Origin: a bacterium
Lineage (GTDB): Bacteria > SAR324 > JACQKK01
Length of the DNA: 64,000 bases
Assembly (NCBI GenBank): GCA_965240465.1
Contig: OZ251219.1
Span: forward strand, 896,001-960,000
Reading direction: 5' to 3'
Made by a program: the position numbers and the translations under genes. The notes under the pieces were generated by a model. It was not told where the DNA came from. It worked only from the letters and a program-made list of their open reading frames with translations, and did no database searches. This document shows, in pieces, positions 1-9,780 of this stretch. How positions within the stretch are numbered: position 1 is the first letter of the stretch; the number at the start of each line of letters is the position of its first letter.

Positions 1-121
1 CGGGGACGCCATCGGAATCGGTATCAGTAGTGCCAATAGCTCCACCCCCGCCCTCGCTCCCCCCGCAGCTAGCTAAAAATATAGCGAAAATACAAGCCGA
101 AAGTAGTGATAATCTTTGCAC
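1..121 (-). CDS. 5' fragment of another TSP3-like/GLUG lipoprotein paralog (runs off window start)
   Basis: Manual translation from GTG at 121: MQRLSLLSACIFAIFLASCGGSEGGGGAIGTTDTDSDGVP, nearly the same lipoprotein signal (FLASC) and start as ORF 12862..13524. Confidence 0.85.
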   Translation of the reverse strand, partial: MQRLSLLSACIFAIFLASCGGSEGGGGAIGTTDTDSDGVP

Positions 122-204
122 GGAAAGCCTATGTCAGAATTCCTGAAAGTGCCAGTCCTAGGATAGCACCCGAGGAGGCAAGAAGTCAAGATGTAGGGAA
201 TATC

Positions 205-1965
205 CTAAGGCGTAGGAGTACACTGAACGAAATCGGTGGGCTGCCCGCAGAGTAACTTGCCTGCGATTTGGGTGATCACGGGGGGGGTGCTGGTATCAGT
301 GGTAGTCTCATAAGACTTGAGGCTGGGGTATTGGGTGTTTGTGCCAAAATTCCAGTCGTTGGTACTCCAGCCGTTATTGTCGCCTGTAAAATCAGTTTCG
401 GTAGTGGGGGCAGTCAATCTTTTTAAGTTATCTCTGGTTTTGGCAACTGCCTCGGGGTCGTTAAGGGTTAATTTGGTCTCACCATTATTCAACTGGCTCT
501 CACTATTGTAATAGTTGCTGGTAATTGTAATTGCCTTAGTCCCAGTACCTTTTTTGCCAAGCAAGCGTCCCACTCCATCGGCTCCATTACCACCATCCAC
601 ATTGCCTAAGGAATAACTGTTCTGGAGGGTTACAGAAAAATTATCATTACCAGCATATCCCACCAAGCCGCCTACATAGTCATTGCCAGTACCGCCATTA
701 GCAGAGCCAATGGCATAGCTATCTAGGATTCTGCCCTCAATCTGACCTACCAAACCGCCCACACGGTCATCAGTACCGTTTCCACCGTTGGCAGTGCCAA
801 TGGCATAGCTATTTGTGATGATGCCAATATTATGACCTGCCAAGCCACCCAAAGTACCATGACCACCCGTACTGGCAGTAACCGATAGACTCTTGGTAGA
901 AACATCGGATATTGTTCCCATATTAACGCCTACCAGAACCCCCACAGTGCTACTATCGTTTCCATCAGCAGAAACGTAGGTACTAGCAACTGAACCTGAT
1001 ACAAAGGACAGGTTTCGGATTGTGCTACCAGTAGCCAAGAATGTAAAGAAGCCAGTGCGTCGAGAGCTAATGTTAATGGTCAGGTTGTTGATGGTATTGT
1101 CATTGCCTTCTAAGATAGCGGTAAAATTACCCGTAATGGGTTCAAAGTTGGCGGATAGCAAGTCAATATCATTGGCTAATTCATAGCCCTTGCAAGCTGG
1201 ACCTGAACCTGTATCTTCACAGCCCGCATTAGAGCCTTGATCACTGGCACTTTCTTTATAGCGGCTACCCTCCAGCTGGTAGCGGATGTTTTTTAGCTCA
1301 TCAGCAGTGGCAATTTCTATCAGACCGTTGTTGTTGTCATCTACATCTTCTGTGTCTTTACAGCCGTCGTTGTCGGTATCGAGACCGACGGTGCCAATTG
1401 TGCCTCTGGGACAAGCGTCATTAGTATCTACTTTGCCATCATCGTCATCATCGTCATCCGCTGAATTTTTTTCACCATCCTTGTCAAGGTCAATATCTTC
1501 GTCGGTGCCATCTTCACAGCCGTCGCCATCAACGTCGTTGTTAACGCCGTTGACAATAGTACCACTGACGAAACCGGTACTATTTATACATTTGTCGTTG
1601 GCATTGCCATTTGTCACACCGTTGACCCCATCATTATCGCTATCAATGGTGGAGTCGTCGCAGCCGTCGTTATTATCATCGGTATTGAAGCCGTCAAAAG
1701 GGCATTTATCGTTAGCACTGCCGTCTGCACCGACACCGTTGACCCCATCATTATCGCTATCGGTAGTGGAGTCTTCGCAGCCGTCGGTATTATCATCGGT
1801 AGTGAAGCCGTCAAAAGGGCATTGGTCTAGAAGATCTGGGATCCCATCGCCATCGGCATCAATAAGCACGCTACCCCCTCTCCCCTCTCCTGTGATGGGG
1901 CTACCGCCACAGCTAGCTAAGAATAGAGAGAAAATACAGGCTGAAAGGAGGGATAATTCTTTCAT
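205..1965 (-). CDS. Surface lipoprotein with Asp-rich TSP3-like Ca-binding repeats and GLUG-motif domain
   Basis: LASC lipobox; DxDxDG..D.C repeats; VGGLVG/GGLAG repeats; conserved C-terminal LLCGQPTDFVQC. Confidence 0.85.
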   Translation of the reverse strand: MKELSLLSACIFSLFLASCGGSPITGEGRGGSVLIDADGDGIPDLLDQCPFDGFTTDDNTDGCEDSTTDSDNDGVNGVGADGSANDKCPFDGFNTDDNNDGCDDSTIDSDNDGVNGVTNGNANDKCINSTGFVSGTIVNGVNNDVDGDGCEDGTDEDIDLDKDGEKNSADDDDDDDGKVDTNDACPRGTIGTVGLDTDNDGCKDTEDVDDNNNGLIEIATADELKNIRYQLEGSRYKESASDQGSNAGCEDTGSGPACKGYELANDIDLLSANFEPITGNFTAILEGNDNTINNLTINISSRRTGFFTFLATGSTIRNLSFVSGSVASTYVSADGNDSSTVGVLVGVNMGTISDVSTKSLSVTASTGGHGTLGGLAGHNIGIITNSYAIGTANGGNGTDDRVGGLVGQIEGRILDSYAIGSANGGTGNDYVGGLVGYAGNDNFSVTLQNSYSLGNVDGGNGADGVGRLLGKKGTGTKAITITSNYYNSESQLNNGETKLTLNDPEAVAKTRDNLKRLTAPTTETDFTGDNNGWSTNDWNFGTNTQYPSLKSYETTTDTSTPPVITQIAGKLLCGQPTDFVQCTPTP

Positions 1966-2020
1966 GGGTAATTCTTGAGTAATTAGAGGCTGTGCTGCCA
2001 GAAAGTGCTACCCCCACGAT

Positions 2021-2117
2021 AGCAACCGTAGCAACCGTAGCAACCGTAGCAACCGCAGCAACCGTAGCAACCGTAGCAACCGCAGCAACCGTAGCAACCG
2101 TAGCAACCGCAGCAACC
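2021..2117. repeat. 9-bp tandem repeat AGCAACCG(T/C), about 11 copies, intergenic
   Basis: Directly visible; T,T,C variants give a higher-order 27-bp period. Confidence 0.95.
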
Positions 2118-2170
2118 AAGGGGGCAAGAGTTGCTACAGTTGCTGTAGTCAAAGATGTATTAGGTGTAGC

Positions 2171-5100
2171 CTAAGGCGTAGGACACTGAACGAAATCGGT
2201 GGGCTGCCCGCAGAGTAACTCACCCTCAATTTGGATAGGGTTGCCATCGACGTCAGTACCTTCTGTCTTATAAGACCTCAAGCTGGGGTATTGGCTTGTT
2301 GAACCAAAATTCCAGTCGTTAGTACTCCAGCTTGTATCGGTGGAGGTCAAGGCTTTTAAGTCATCGCTGGTTTTGGCAACCGCTTCGGGGTCTATAAGGG
2401 TTAATACGGTCTCACCATTATTCAACTGGCTCCCACTATTATAATAGCTGTTGGTAATTGCAATTGCATTAGTCCCAATACCTTTTTTGCCCAGCAAGCG
2501 TCCCACTCCATCGTCTCCCTCGCCCCCATCCACATTGCCTAAGGAATAACTGTTTTGGAGGGTTACAGAAGAATTATCATTATTAGCATATCCCACCAAG
2601 CCGCCTACATAGTCATTGCCAGTACCGCCATTAGCAGAGCCAATGGCATAGCTATCTAGGATTCTGCCCTCAAGCTGACCTACCAAGCCGCCCACACGGT
2701 CATCAGTACCGTCTCCACCGTTGGCAGTGCCAATGGCATAGCTATTTGCGATGATGTTGATATTATGACCTGCCAAGCCGCCCACATAGTCATCATCATT
2801 ACCGCCATCGGCAGTGCCAGTGGCATAGCTACTTGTGATAACTCCATAATTAGAACCAACCAAGCCGCCGACAAAATCATACTCTGCACCGCTAGTAGCG
2901 TTGCCAGTGGCATAGCTATCTCGGATGATGCCGCTACTCTCATTAGAACCAACCAAGCCGCCCACATATGCTGTAGAATCACCGCCGATAGCATTACCAG
3001 TGGCATGGCTATTTTGAATGGTGCCTCCATTACTGCCTGCTAAGCCGCCCACATTGTCCTTATTACCACCACTGCCATTGACAGTTACATTATTGGCATA
3101 GCTACCATCGATAGTTCCAGCATTATAACCCACCAAGCCACCCAAAGTACCATAACCACCCGTACTGGCAGTAACCGATAGACTCTTGGTAGAAACATCG
3201 GATATTGTTCCCATATTAACGGCTACCAGAACCCCCACAGTGCTACTATCGTTTTCATCAGCAGAAACGTAGGTACTAGCAACTGAACCTGATACAAAGG
3301 ACAGGTTTCGGATTGTGCTACCAGCAGCCAAGGATGTAAAGAAGCCAGTGCGTCGAGAGTCAATGTTAATGGTCAGGTTGTTGATGGTATTGTCATTGCC
3401 TTCTAAGATAGCGATAAAATCACCCGCAATGGGTACCCAGTTGCCAGTGGCAGTACTAACCAGGTCTGCTAAATCAATGTCCCCGATTAGTTCATAGCCC
3501 TTGCAAGCTGGACCTGAACCTGTATCTTCACAGCCCGCATTAGATGAATTACTGCCATCACCATAGTAAGTGCCATTCAGGCTGTAGCGGATATTGTTTA
3601 GCTCCTCAGCAGTGGCAATTTCTATCAGACCGTTGTTGTTGTCATCCACATCAATGTCGTCGGTTACGCCATCGGCATCGGCATCGGCAGAAGTAACAGG
3701 CGTGGGGGGGGCGACAGGGCCACACTGAACGAAGTCAGCTACGGGTAATTGCCCACAGAGTAACTCACCCTCAATTTGGATAGAGTTGCCATCGACGTCA
3801 GTACCTTCTGTCTTATAAGACCTGAGGCTGGGGTATTGGGTATCTGTGCCAAAATTCCAGTCGAATTCATTCCAGCCGTTATCGTCGCCTGTAAAGTCAC
3901 CTTCGGTGATGTCGGCAGTCAAGGCTTTTAGTTTGGTGCTGGTTCTGCCAAGCCCCTCGGCGGCGGTATAGGCTGATACGCTCTCAGCACCCTCAAGTTG
4001 ACCCTCATTATTATAGTAGTTGCCGGCAAGTGTACCAGAGCTTTTCCCGCCGATCAAGTAGCCAACATAGTCACTACCAACACCACCATCAACATCGCCT
4101 AAGACATAACTATTATTGATGCCTCCAGAAACAAAACCTCCCACCAAGCCACCTACATAGTCATCACCAGCACCGCCAGTAGCATTACCAGCGGCATAGC
4201 TGTCTAGGATGATGTTGTAATTACCACCCACCAAGCCACCTACGAAACTACCGCCAGAACCATCAGTAACATTGCCAGTGGCATAGCTATTTTTGATGAC
4301 GCCAGCATTACCACCCACTAAGCCACCCACACGGTCATTACCAGCATTGCTTTTAGTATTGACAGTAGCAGAGCTGTTTAGGATGGCATTGTAATTACTC
4401 CCTACCAAGCCACCTACGAAACTACTGCCAGAACCATCAGTAACATTGCCAGTGGCAGAGCTACCCTGGATGATGCCAGTATTAGTATTATCACCTACTA
4501 AACCGCCCACGCTGTCATCTCCAGCACCGCTATTAACAGTGCCAGCGGCAGAGCTGCTTTGGATGATGTTGTAATTACGACCCACTAAGCCACCTACAAG
4601 GTCATAATCACCATCGCCGGTAGTAACCGAGATCCCCGTAATAGAAACATCGGATATTGCTCCAAGATTACTAGCGGCTAGAACTCCTACAAAGTTGGGA
4701 CTGTTTTTAGTGCCACCAACATAGTTACTGGTAACTGAACCTGTTGCAAAGGACAAGTTCCGTACCGTGCTACCAGAAGCCAAGAACACAAAGAAGCCCG
4801 CTTTTCTGGTGTTAGCGTCAGTGACGATGACTAGGTTGCTGATGGTTTTATTATTGCCTTCTAAGATAGCGGCAAAACTACCCTCAATGGGTTCAAAGTT
4901 GGCGGATAGCAAGTCAATATCATTGGCTAATTCATAGCCAATGCAACCCACAGGATTAATAGTAGAACAGCCCGCATCAGATGAACTACTGACATCACCA
5001 TAGGAAGTGCCATTCAGGCTGTAGCGGATATTGCCTAGCTCATCAGCAGTGGCAATTTCTATCAGACCGTTGTTGTCGTCATCTTTGTCTTCGCCATCAT

Positions 5101-6439
5101 CTTTGCAACCGTCGCTATCACGGTCATTGGTGGCACTGCTTCTAAAGGCGGTGTCTGTGCTTATTATGCATTTGTCAGAATCGTCGAATACCAGATCACC
5201 ATCGGTATCGGTAGTGGTGTCTTCGCAGCCGTCGGTATTATCATCGGTAGTGAAGCCTGCAAAAGGGCATTTATCGTTAGCACTACCGTCTGCACCGACA
5301 CCGTTGACCCCATCATTATCGCTATCGGTAGTGGAGTCTTCGCAGCCGTCGGTATTATCATCGGTAGTGAAGCCTGCAAAAGGGCATTTATCGTTAGCAC
5401 TACCGTCTGCACCGACACCGTTGATCCCATCATTATCGCTATCGGTAGTGGTGTCTTCGCAGCCGTCGGTATTATCATCGGTAGTGAAGCCGTCAAAAGG
5501 GCATTTATCGTTAGCACTACCGTCTGCACCGACACCGTTGACCCCATCATTATCGCTATCGGTAGTGGAGTCTTCGCAGCCGTCGGTATTATCATCGGTA
5601 GTGAAGCCTGCAAAAGGGCATTTATCGTTAGCACTACCGTCTGCACCGACACCGTTGATCCCATCACCATCGCTATCGGTAGTGGTGTCTTCACAGCCGT
5701 CGTTATTATCATCGGTATTGAAGCCTGCAAAAGGGCATTTATCGTTAGCACTACCGTCTGCACCGATACCGTTGACTCCATCACCATCGGTATCGGTGGT
5801 GGAGTCTTCGCAGCCGTCGTTATTATCATCGGTATTGAAGCCTGCAAAAGGGCATTTATCGTTAGCACTACCGTCTGCACCGACACCGTTGATCCCATCA
5901 TTATCGCTATCGGTAGTGGTGTCTTCGCAGCCGTCGGTATTATCATCGGTAGTGAAGCCTGCAAAAGGGCATTGATCTAGCTTGGTGCCGTCTGCATTAA
6001 GATCGTTGACAGTATCATTGTCGTCATCTTCGTCTTCGCCAGCATCTTCGCAGCCGTCGCCATCGTAGTCGTTGATAGCTGCGGGATCGCCGGTGCTAAC
6101 GCTGACAAAGCCTGAGGTTTCGCTGGTGCGGCATTTGTCTAGCTCGCTGCCGTCTGCATTAAAATCGTTGACCTCGTCATTATCGTCATCAATGTCTTCG
6201 CCGTCATCTTTGCAACCGTCTCCATCGTAGTCGTTTTCGGGGGTACTGACGAATTTCTCATCTTTACTAGGGGAGCATAGGTCTAACACGTTGCCTTTTT
6301 CATCAAAATCAGGGACGTCGTCGCCATCGGTATCAACAAGCTTCACAGTCTTGCTACTGGTACCTCCTCCACTAATGCCACAGCTGGCTAGGAAAAGAGT
6401 GATAACAAAAATGCTTGAGAGTAATGATAATTTTCCCAC
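2171..6439 (-). CDS. Large surface lipoprotein: TSP3-like repeats plus two tandem GLUG-motif domains
   Basis: LASC lipobox, GTG start with AGGAG RBS; seven 39-aa CPF..GCED repeats; two GLIEIAT...FVQC units. Confidence 0.85.
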   Translation of the reverse strand: MGKLSLLSSIFVITLFLASCGISGGGTSSKTVKLVDTDGDDVPDFDEKGNVLDLCSPSKDEKFVSTPENDYDGDGCKDDGEDIDDDNDEVNDFNADGSELDKCRTSETSGFVSVSTGDPAAINDYDGDGCEDAGEDEDDDNDTVNDLNADGTKLDQCPFAGFTTDDNTDGCEDTTTDSDNDGINGVGADGSANDKCPFAGFNTDDNNDGCEDSTTDTDGDGVNGIGADGSANDKCPFAGFNTDDNNDGCEDTTTDSDGDGINGVGADGSANDKCPFAGFTTDDNTDGCEDSTTDSDNDGVNGVGADGSANDKCPFDGFTTDDNTDGCEDTTTDSDNDGINGVGADGSANDKCPFAGFTTDDNTDGCEDSTTDSDNDGVNGVGADGSANDKCPFAGFTTDDNTDGCEDTTTDTDGDLVFDDSDKCIISTDTAFRSSATNDRDSDGCKDDGEDKDDDNNGLIEIATADELGNIRYSLNGTSYGDVSSSSDAGCSTINPVGCIGYELANDIDLLSANFEPIEGSFAAILEGNNKTISNLVIVTDANTRKAGFFVFLASGSTVRNLSFATGSVTSNYVGGTKNSPNFVGVLAASNLGAISDVSITGISVTTGDGDYDLVGGLVGRNYNIIQSSSAAGTVNSGAGDDSVGGLVGDNTNTGIIQGSSATGNVTDGSGSSFVGGLVGSNYNAILNSSATVNTKSNAGNDRVGGLVGGNAGVIKNSYATGNVTDGSGGSFVGGLVGGNYNIILDSYAAGNATGGAGDDYVGGLVGGFVSGGINNSYVLGDVDGGVGSDYVGYLIGGKSSGTLAGNYYNNEGQLEGAESVSAYTAAEGLGRTSTKLKALTADITEGDFTGDDNGWNEFDWNFGTDTQYPSLRSYKTEGTDVDGNSIQIEGELLCGQLPVADFVQCGPVAPPTPVTSADADADGVTDDIDVDDNNNGLIEIATAEELNNIRYSLNGTYYGDGSNSSNAGCEDTGSGPACKGYELIGDIDLADLVSTATGNWVPIAGDFIAILEGNDNTINNLTINIDSRRTGFFTSLAAGSTIRNLSFVSGSVASTYVSADENDSSTVGVLVAVNMGTISDVSTKSLSVTASTGGYGTLGGLVGYNAGTIDGSYANNVTVNGSGGNKDNVGGLAGSNGGTIQNSHATGNAIGGDSTAYVGGLVGSNESSGIIRDSYATGNATSGAEYDFVGGLVGSNYGVITSSYATGTADGGNDDDYVGGLAGHNINIIANSYAIGTANGGDGTDDRVGGLVGQLEGRILDSYAIGSANGGTGNDYVGGLVGYANNDNSSVTLQNSYSLGNVDGGEGDDGVGRLLGKKGIGTNAIAITNSYYNSGSQLNNGETVLTLIDPEAVAKTSDDLKALTSTDTSWSTNDWNFGSTSQYPSLRSYKTEGTDVDGNPIQIEGELLCGQPTDFVQCPTP
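5200..5975 (-). repeat. 117-bp (39-aa) intragenic tandem repeat, about 7 copies
   Basis: AAAAGGGCATTTATCG recurs at 5261 and 5378 (117-bp period); encodes DKCPFAGFxTDDNxDGCEDxTTDxDxDGxNGxGADGSAN. Confidence 0.9.
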
Positions 6440-6533
6440 TGAGATTTCTCCTATTTGTTAAGTTCAATGATGGAGTAACACAAATCGCCGTAAATCGACA
6501 CACTTTAGGGCATAAAACAACCCCAGCTAGCCA

Positions 6534-6562
6534 GTGCTACACTATAAATTATCTAATGTCAA
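6534..6562 (-). promoter_or_regulatory. Putative sigma70 promoter (TTGACA-N17-TAGCAC), repeated in all three cassettes
   Basis: Perfect -35 and weak -10 about 95 bp upstream of the GTG start. Confidence 0.4.
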
Positions 6563-6651
6563 GCTTTAATTGTTAACACACTAAAAAAGTCAGCCAGAAC
6601 TTCATTGGCGATAAGTTTATCAAGTGCTTAAAAGAGCAACACGCAGTTCCC

Positions 6652-6686
6652 AAAAAGAAAAAGGGAGTGAGTTAATACTCACTCCC
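6652..6686 (-). terminator. Rho-independent terminator
   Basis: Perfect 10-bp stem GGGAGTGAGT/ACTCACTCCC, 4-nt loop, followed by TTTTTCTTTTT on the minus strand. Confidence 0.85.
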
Positions 6687-6734
6687 AAATGCTCTGCTGC
6701 CTTTTTCAAGCAGTCGGGGGGGGGGGGGTCTAGC

Positions 6735-9485
6735 CTAGGGATTACTGGTACACTGAACGAAATCGGTGGGTTGCTCGCAGAGTAACTCACCCTCAATTTG
6801 GATAGAGTTGCCATCGGCGTCAGTACCTGTCTTATAAGACCTGAGGCTGGGGTATTGGGTATCTGTGCCAAAATCCCAGTCGAATTCATTCCAGCCAGCC
6901 AAACTCAAGCCAGAGCATGTACTGCTAGCGGTATCCCAATCTCCGCCAGCTGAGGTGCAAGCATTTTCCGTGATAATAGTGCATGTACCACCACTAAAAG
7001 TTCCGCCAGCTGCGGTGCAAGCATTTTCCATTGTGATGTCGGCAGTCAAGGCTTTTAGTTCGGTGCTGGTTTTACCAAGCCCCTCGGCGGCGGTATAGGT
7101 TGATACGCTCTCAGCACCCTCAAGTTGACCCTCATTATTATAGTAGTTGCGGGCAAGAAGTGTACTTGTACCAGATCTCTCGCCGATCAAGTAGCCAACA
7201 TTGTCATCACCAACACCACCATCAACATCGCCTAAGACATAACTATTTGAGGCATAACTCTTACCAGAAAAAACTCCCGCCAAGCCACCTACATAGTCAT
7301 CACCAGCACCGCCAGTAGCATTACCAGCGGCATAGCTGTCTATGATGGCGCCGTACTTATCATCACTGCCGGTGTAATTACCACCCACCAAGCCACCTAC
7401 GACACTATTGCCAGAACCATCAGTAACATTGCCAGCGGCATAGCTATTATAGATGTTGCCATTATTACCACCCACCAAGCCACCCACACTGCTATTACCA
7501 GCATTGCTTTTAGTATTGCCAGCGGCATAGCTATTTCCGATGCTGCCACCATTATAACCCGCCAAGCCGCCTACATAGTCACTACCATCACCGCCATTAA
7601 CAGTGCCAGTGGCAGAGCTGCTTTGGATGTTGTTGTAATTACCACCCACCAAGCCACCTACAAGGTCATTACCAGCACCGCCAACAACATTGCCAGCGGC
7701 AGAGCCATTTTTGATGGTGCCAGCACTAGCACCCACTAAGCCACCTACACGGTCATAATCACCATCGCCGGTAGTAACCGAGATCCCCGTAATAGAAACA
7801 TCGGATATTGCTCCAAAATTAAGAGCGGCTAGAACTCCTACAAAGTTGGGATAGTCTTCAGTGCCACCAACATAGTTACTGGTAACTGAACCTGTTGCAA
7901 AGGACAAGTTCCGTACCTTGCTACCAGAAGCCAAGATCACAAAGAAGCCCGCGTTTCCGGTGTTAGCGTCAGTGACAATGACTAGGTTGCTGATGGTATT
8001 GTCATTGCCTTCTAAGATAGCGGTAAAACTACCCGTAATGGGTTCAAAGTTGGCGGATAGCAAGTCAATATCATTGGCTAATTCATAGCCCTTGCAAGCT
8101 GGACCTGAACCTGTATCTTCACAGCCCGCATTAGAGCCTTGATCACTGGCACTTTCTTTATAGCGGCTACCGTCCAGCTGGTAGCGGATGTTTTTTAGCT
8201 CATCAGCAGTGGCAATTTCTATCAGACCGTTGTTGTCGTCATCTACATCTTCTGTGTCTTTACAGCCGTCGTTGTCGGTATCGAGACCGACGGTGCCAAT
8301 TGTGCCTCTGGGACAAGCGTCATTAGTATCTATTTTGCCATCATCGTCATCATCGTCATCCGCTGAATTTTTTTCACCATCCTTGTCAAGGTCAATATCT
8401 TCGTCGGTGCCATCTTCACAGCCGTCGCCATCAACGTCGTTGTTAACGCCGTTGACAATAGTACCACTGACGAAACCGGTACTATTTATACATTTGTCGT
8501 TGGCATTGCCATTTGTCACACCGTTGACCCCATCATTATCGCTATCAATGGTGGAGTCGTCGCAGCCGTCGTTATTATCATCGGTATTGAAGCCGTCAAA
8601 AGGGCATTTATCGTTAGCACTACCGTCTGCACCGATACCGTTGACTCCATCACCATCGGTATCGGTGGTGGAGTCTTCGCAGCCGTCGTTATTATCATCG
8701 GTATTGAAGCCTGCAAAAGGGCATTGATCTAGCTTGGTGCCATCTGCCTCGAAATCGTTGACAGTATCATCGTCGTCATCTTTGTCTTCGCCAGCATCTT
8801 CGCAGCCGTCGCCATCGTAGTCGTTGATAGCTGCGGGATCGCCGGTGCTAACGCTGATAAAGCCGGAGTTTTCGCTGGTGCGGCATTTATCTTTCTCGGT
8901 GGTGCCATCTGCCTCGAAATCGTTGACAGTATCATTGTCGTCATCTTCGTCTTCGCCAGCATCTTCGCAACCGTCGCCATCGTAGTCGTTGATAGCTGCG
9001 GGATCGCCGGTGCTAACGCTGATAAAGCCGGAGGTTTCGCTGGTGCGGCATTTGTCTAGCTCGCTGCCGTCTGCATTAAAATCGTTGACAGTATCATTAT
9101 CGTCATCGGGGTCTTCGGGGTCATCATCTTTACAGCCGTCGTCATCGTAGTCGGTGGTTCTATCGCCGCTGAGGAAGCCTTTGGGGCTTTTTTCGCAGTC
9201 ATCAACAGCATCTTCTTTGTTATCATTGTCGTCATCAGTGTCTTCACCGTCATCTTTGCAACCGTCTCTATCGTAGTCGTTTTCGGGGGTACTGACGAAT
9301 TTCTTATCAGCACTAGGGGAGCATAGGTCTAACACGTTGCCTTCTTCATCAAAATCAGGGACGTCGTCGCCATCGGTATCAACAAGCTTCACAGTCTTGC
9401 TACTGGTACCTCCTCCACCAATGCCACAGCTGGCTAGGAAAAGAGTGATAACAAAAATGCTTGAGAGTAATGATAATTTTCCCAC
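6735..9485 (-). CDS. Surface lipoprotein with TSP3-like repeats and GLUG-motif domain
   Basis: Paralog of neighbours; LASC lipobox; extra Cys-paired ENACTxAGG repeats near C-terminus. Confidence 0.85.
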   Translation of the reverse strand: MGKLSLLSSIFVITLFLASCGIGGGGTSSKTVKLVDTDGDDVPDFDEEGNVLDLCSPSADKKFVSTPENDYDRDGCKDDGEDTDDDNDNKEDAVDDCEKSPKGFLSGDRTTDYDDDGCKDDDPEDPDDDNDTVNDFNADGSELDKCRTSETSGFISVSTGDPAAINDYDGDGCEDAGEDEDDDNDTVNDFEADGTTEKDKCRTSENSGFISVSTGDPAAINDYDGDGCEDAGEDKDDDDDTVNDFEADGTKLDQCPFAGFNTDDNNDGCEDSTTDTDGDGVNGIGADGSANDKCPFDGFNTDDNNDGCDDSTIDSDNDGVNGVTNGNANDKCINSTGFVSGTIVNGVNNDVDGDGCEDGTDEDIDLDKDGEKNSADDDDDDDGKIDTNDACPRGTIGTVGLDTDNDGCKDTEDVDDDNNGLIEIATADELKNIRYQLDGSRYKESASDQGSNAGCEDTGSGPACKGYELANDIDLLSANFEPITGSFTAILEGNDNTISNLVIVTDANTGNAGFFVILASGSKVRNLSFATGSVTSNYVGGTEDYPNFVGVLAALNFGAISDVSITGISVTTGDGDYDRVGGLVGASAGTIKNGSAAGNVVGGAGNDLVGGLVGGNYNNIQSSSATGTVNGGDGSDYVGGLAGYNGGSIGNSYAAGNTKSNAGNSSVGGLVGGNNGNIYNSYAAGNVTDGSGNSVVGGLVGGNYTGSDDKYGAIIDSYAAGNATGGAGDDYVGGLAGVFSGKSYASNSYVLGDVDGGVGDDNVGYLIGERSGTSTLLARNYYNNEGQLEGAESVSTYTAAEGLGKTSTELKALTADITMENACTAAGGTFSGGTCTIITENACTSAGGDWDTASSTCSGLSLAGWNEFDWDFGTDTQYPSLRSYKTGTDADGNSIQIEGELLCEQPTDFVQCTSNP

Positions 9486-9780
9486 TGAGATTTCTCCTAT
9501 TTGTTAAGTTCAATGACATGGAGTAACACAAATCGCCGTAAATCTACACACTTTAGGGCATAAAACAACCCCAGCTAGCCAGTGCTACACTATAAATTAT
9601 CTAATGTCAAGCTTTAATTGTTAACACACTAAAAAAGTCAGCCAGAACTTCATTGGCGATAAGTTTATCAAGTGCTTAAAAGAGCAACACGCAGTTCCCA
9701 AAAAGAAAAAGGGAGTGAGTTAATACTCACTCCCAAATGCTCTGCTGCCTTTTTCAAGCAGTCGGGGGGGGGGGTCTAGC
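9486..9780. repeat. Intergenic cassette, copy 2 of 3
   Basis: Near-identical to 6440..6734. Confidence 0.95.
9700..9734 (-). terminator. Rho-independent terminator
   Basis: Same hairpin and U-tract as 6652..6686. Confidence 0.85.

Larger units (their letters stand above)
6440..6734. repeat. About 295-bp intergenic cassette, copy 1 of 3
   Basis: Near-identical to 9486..9780 and 12250..12543. Confidence 0.95.

Noticed and set aside
1913-2174. Ala/Thr/Val-repeat ORFs on both strands
   Set aside because: Products of the 9-bp intergenic tandem repeat
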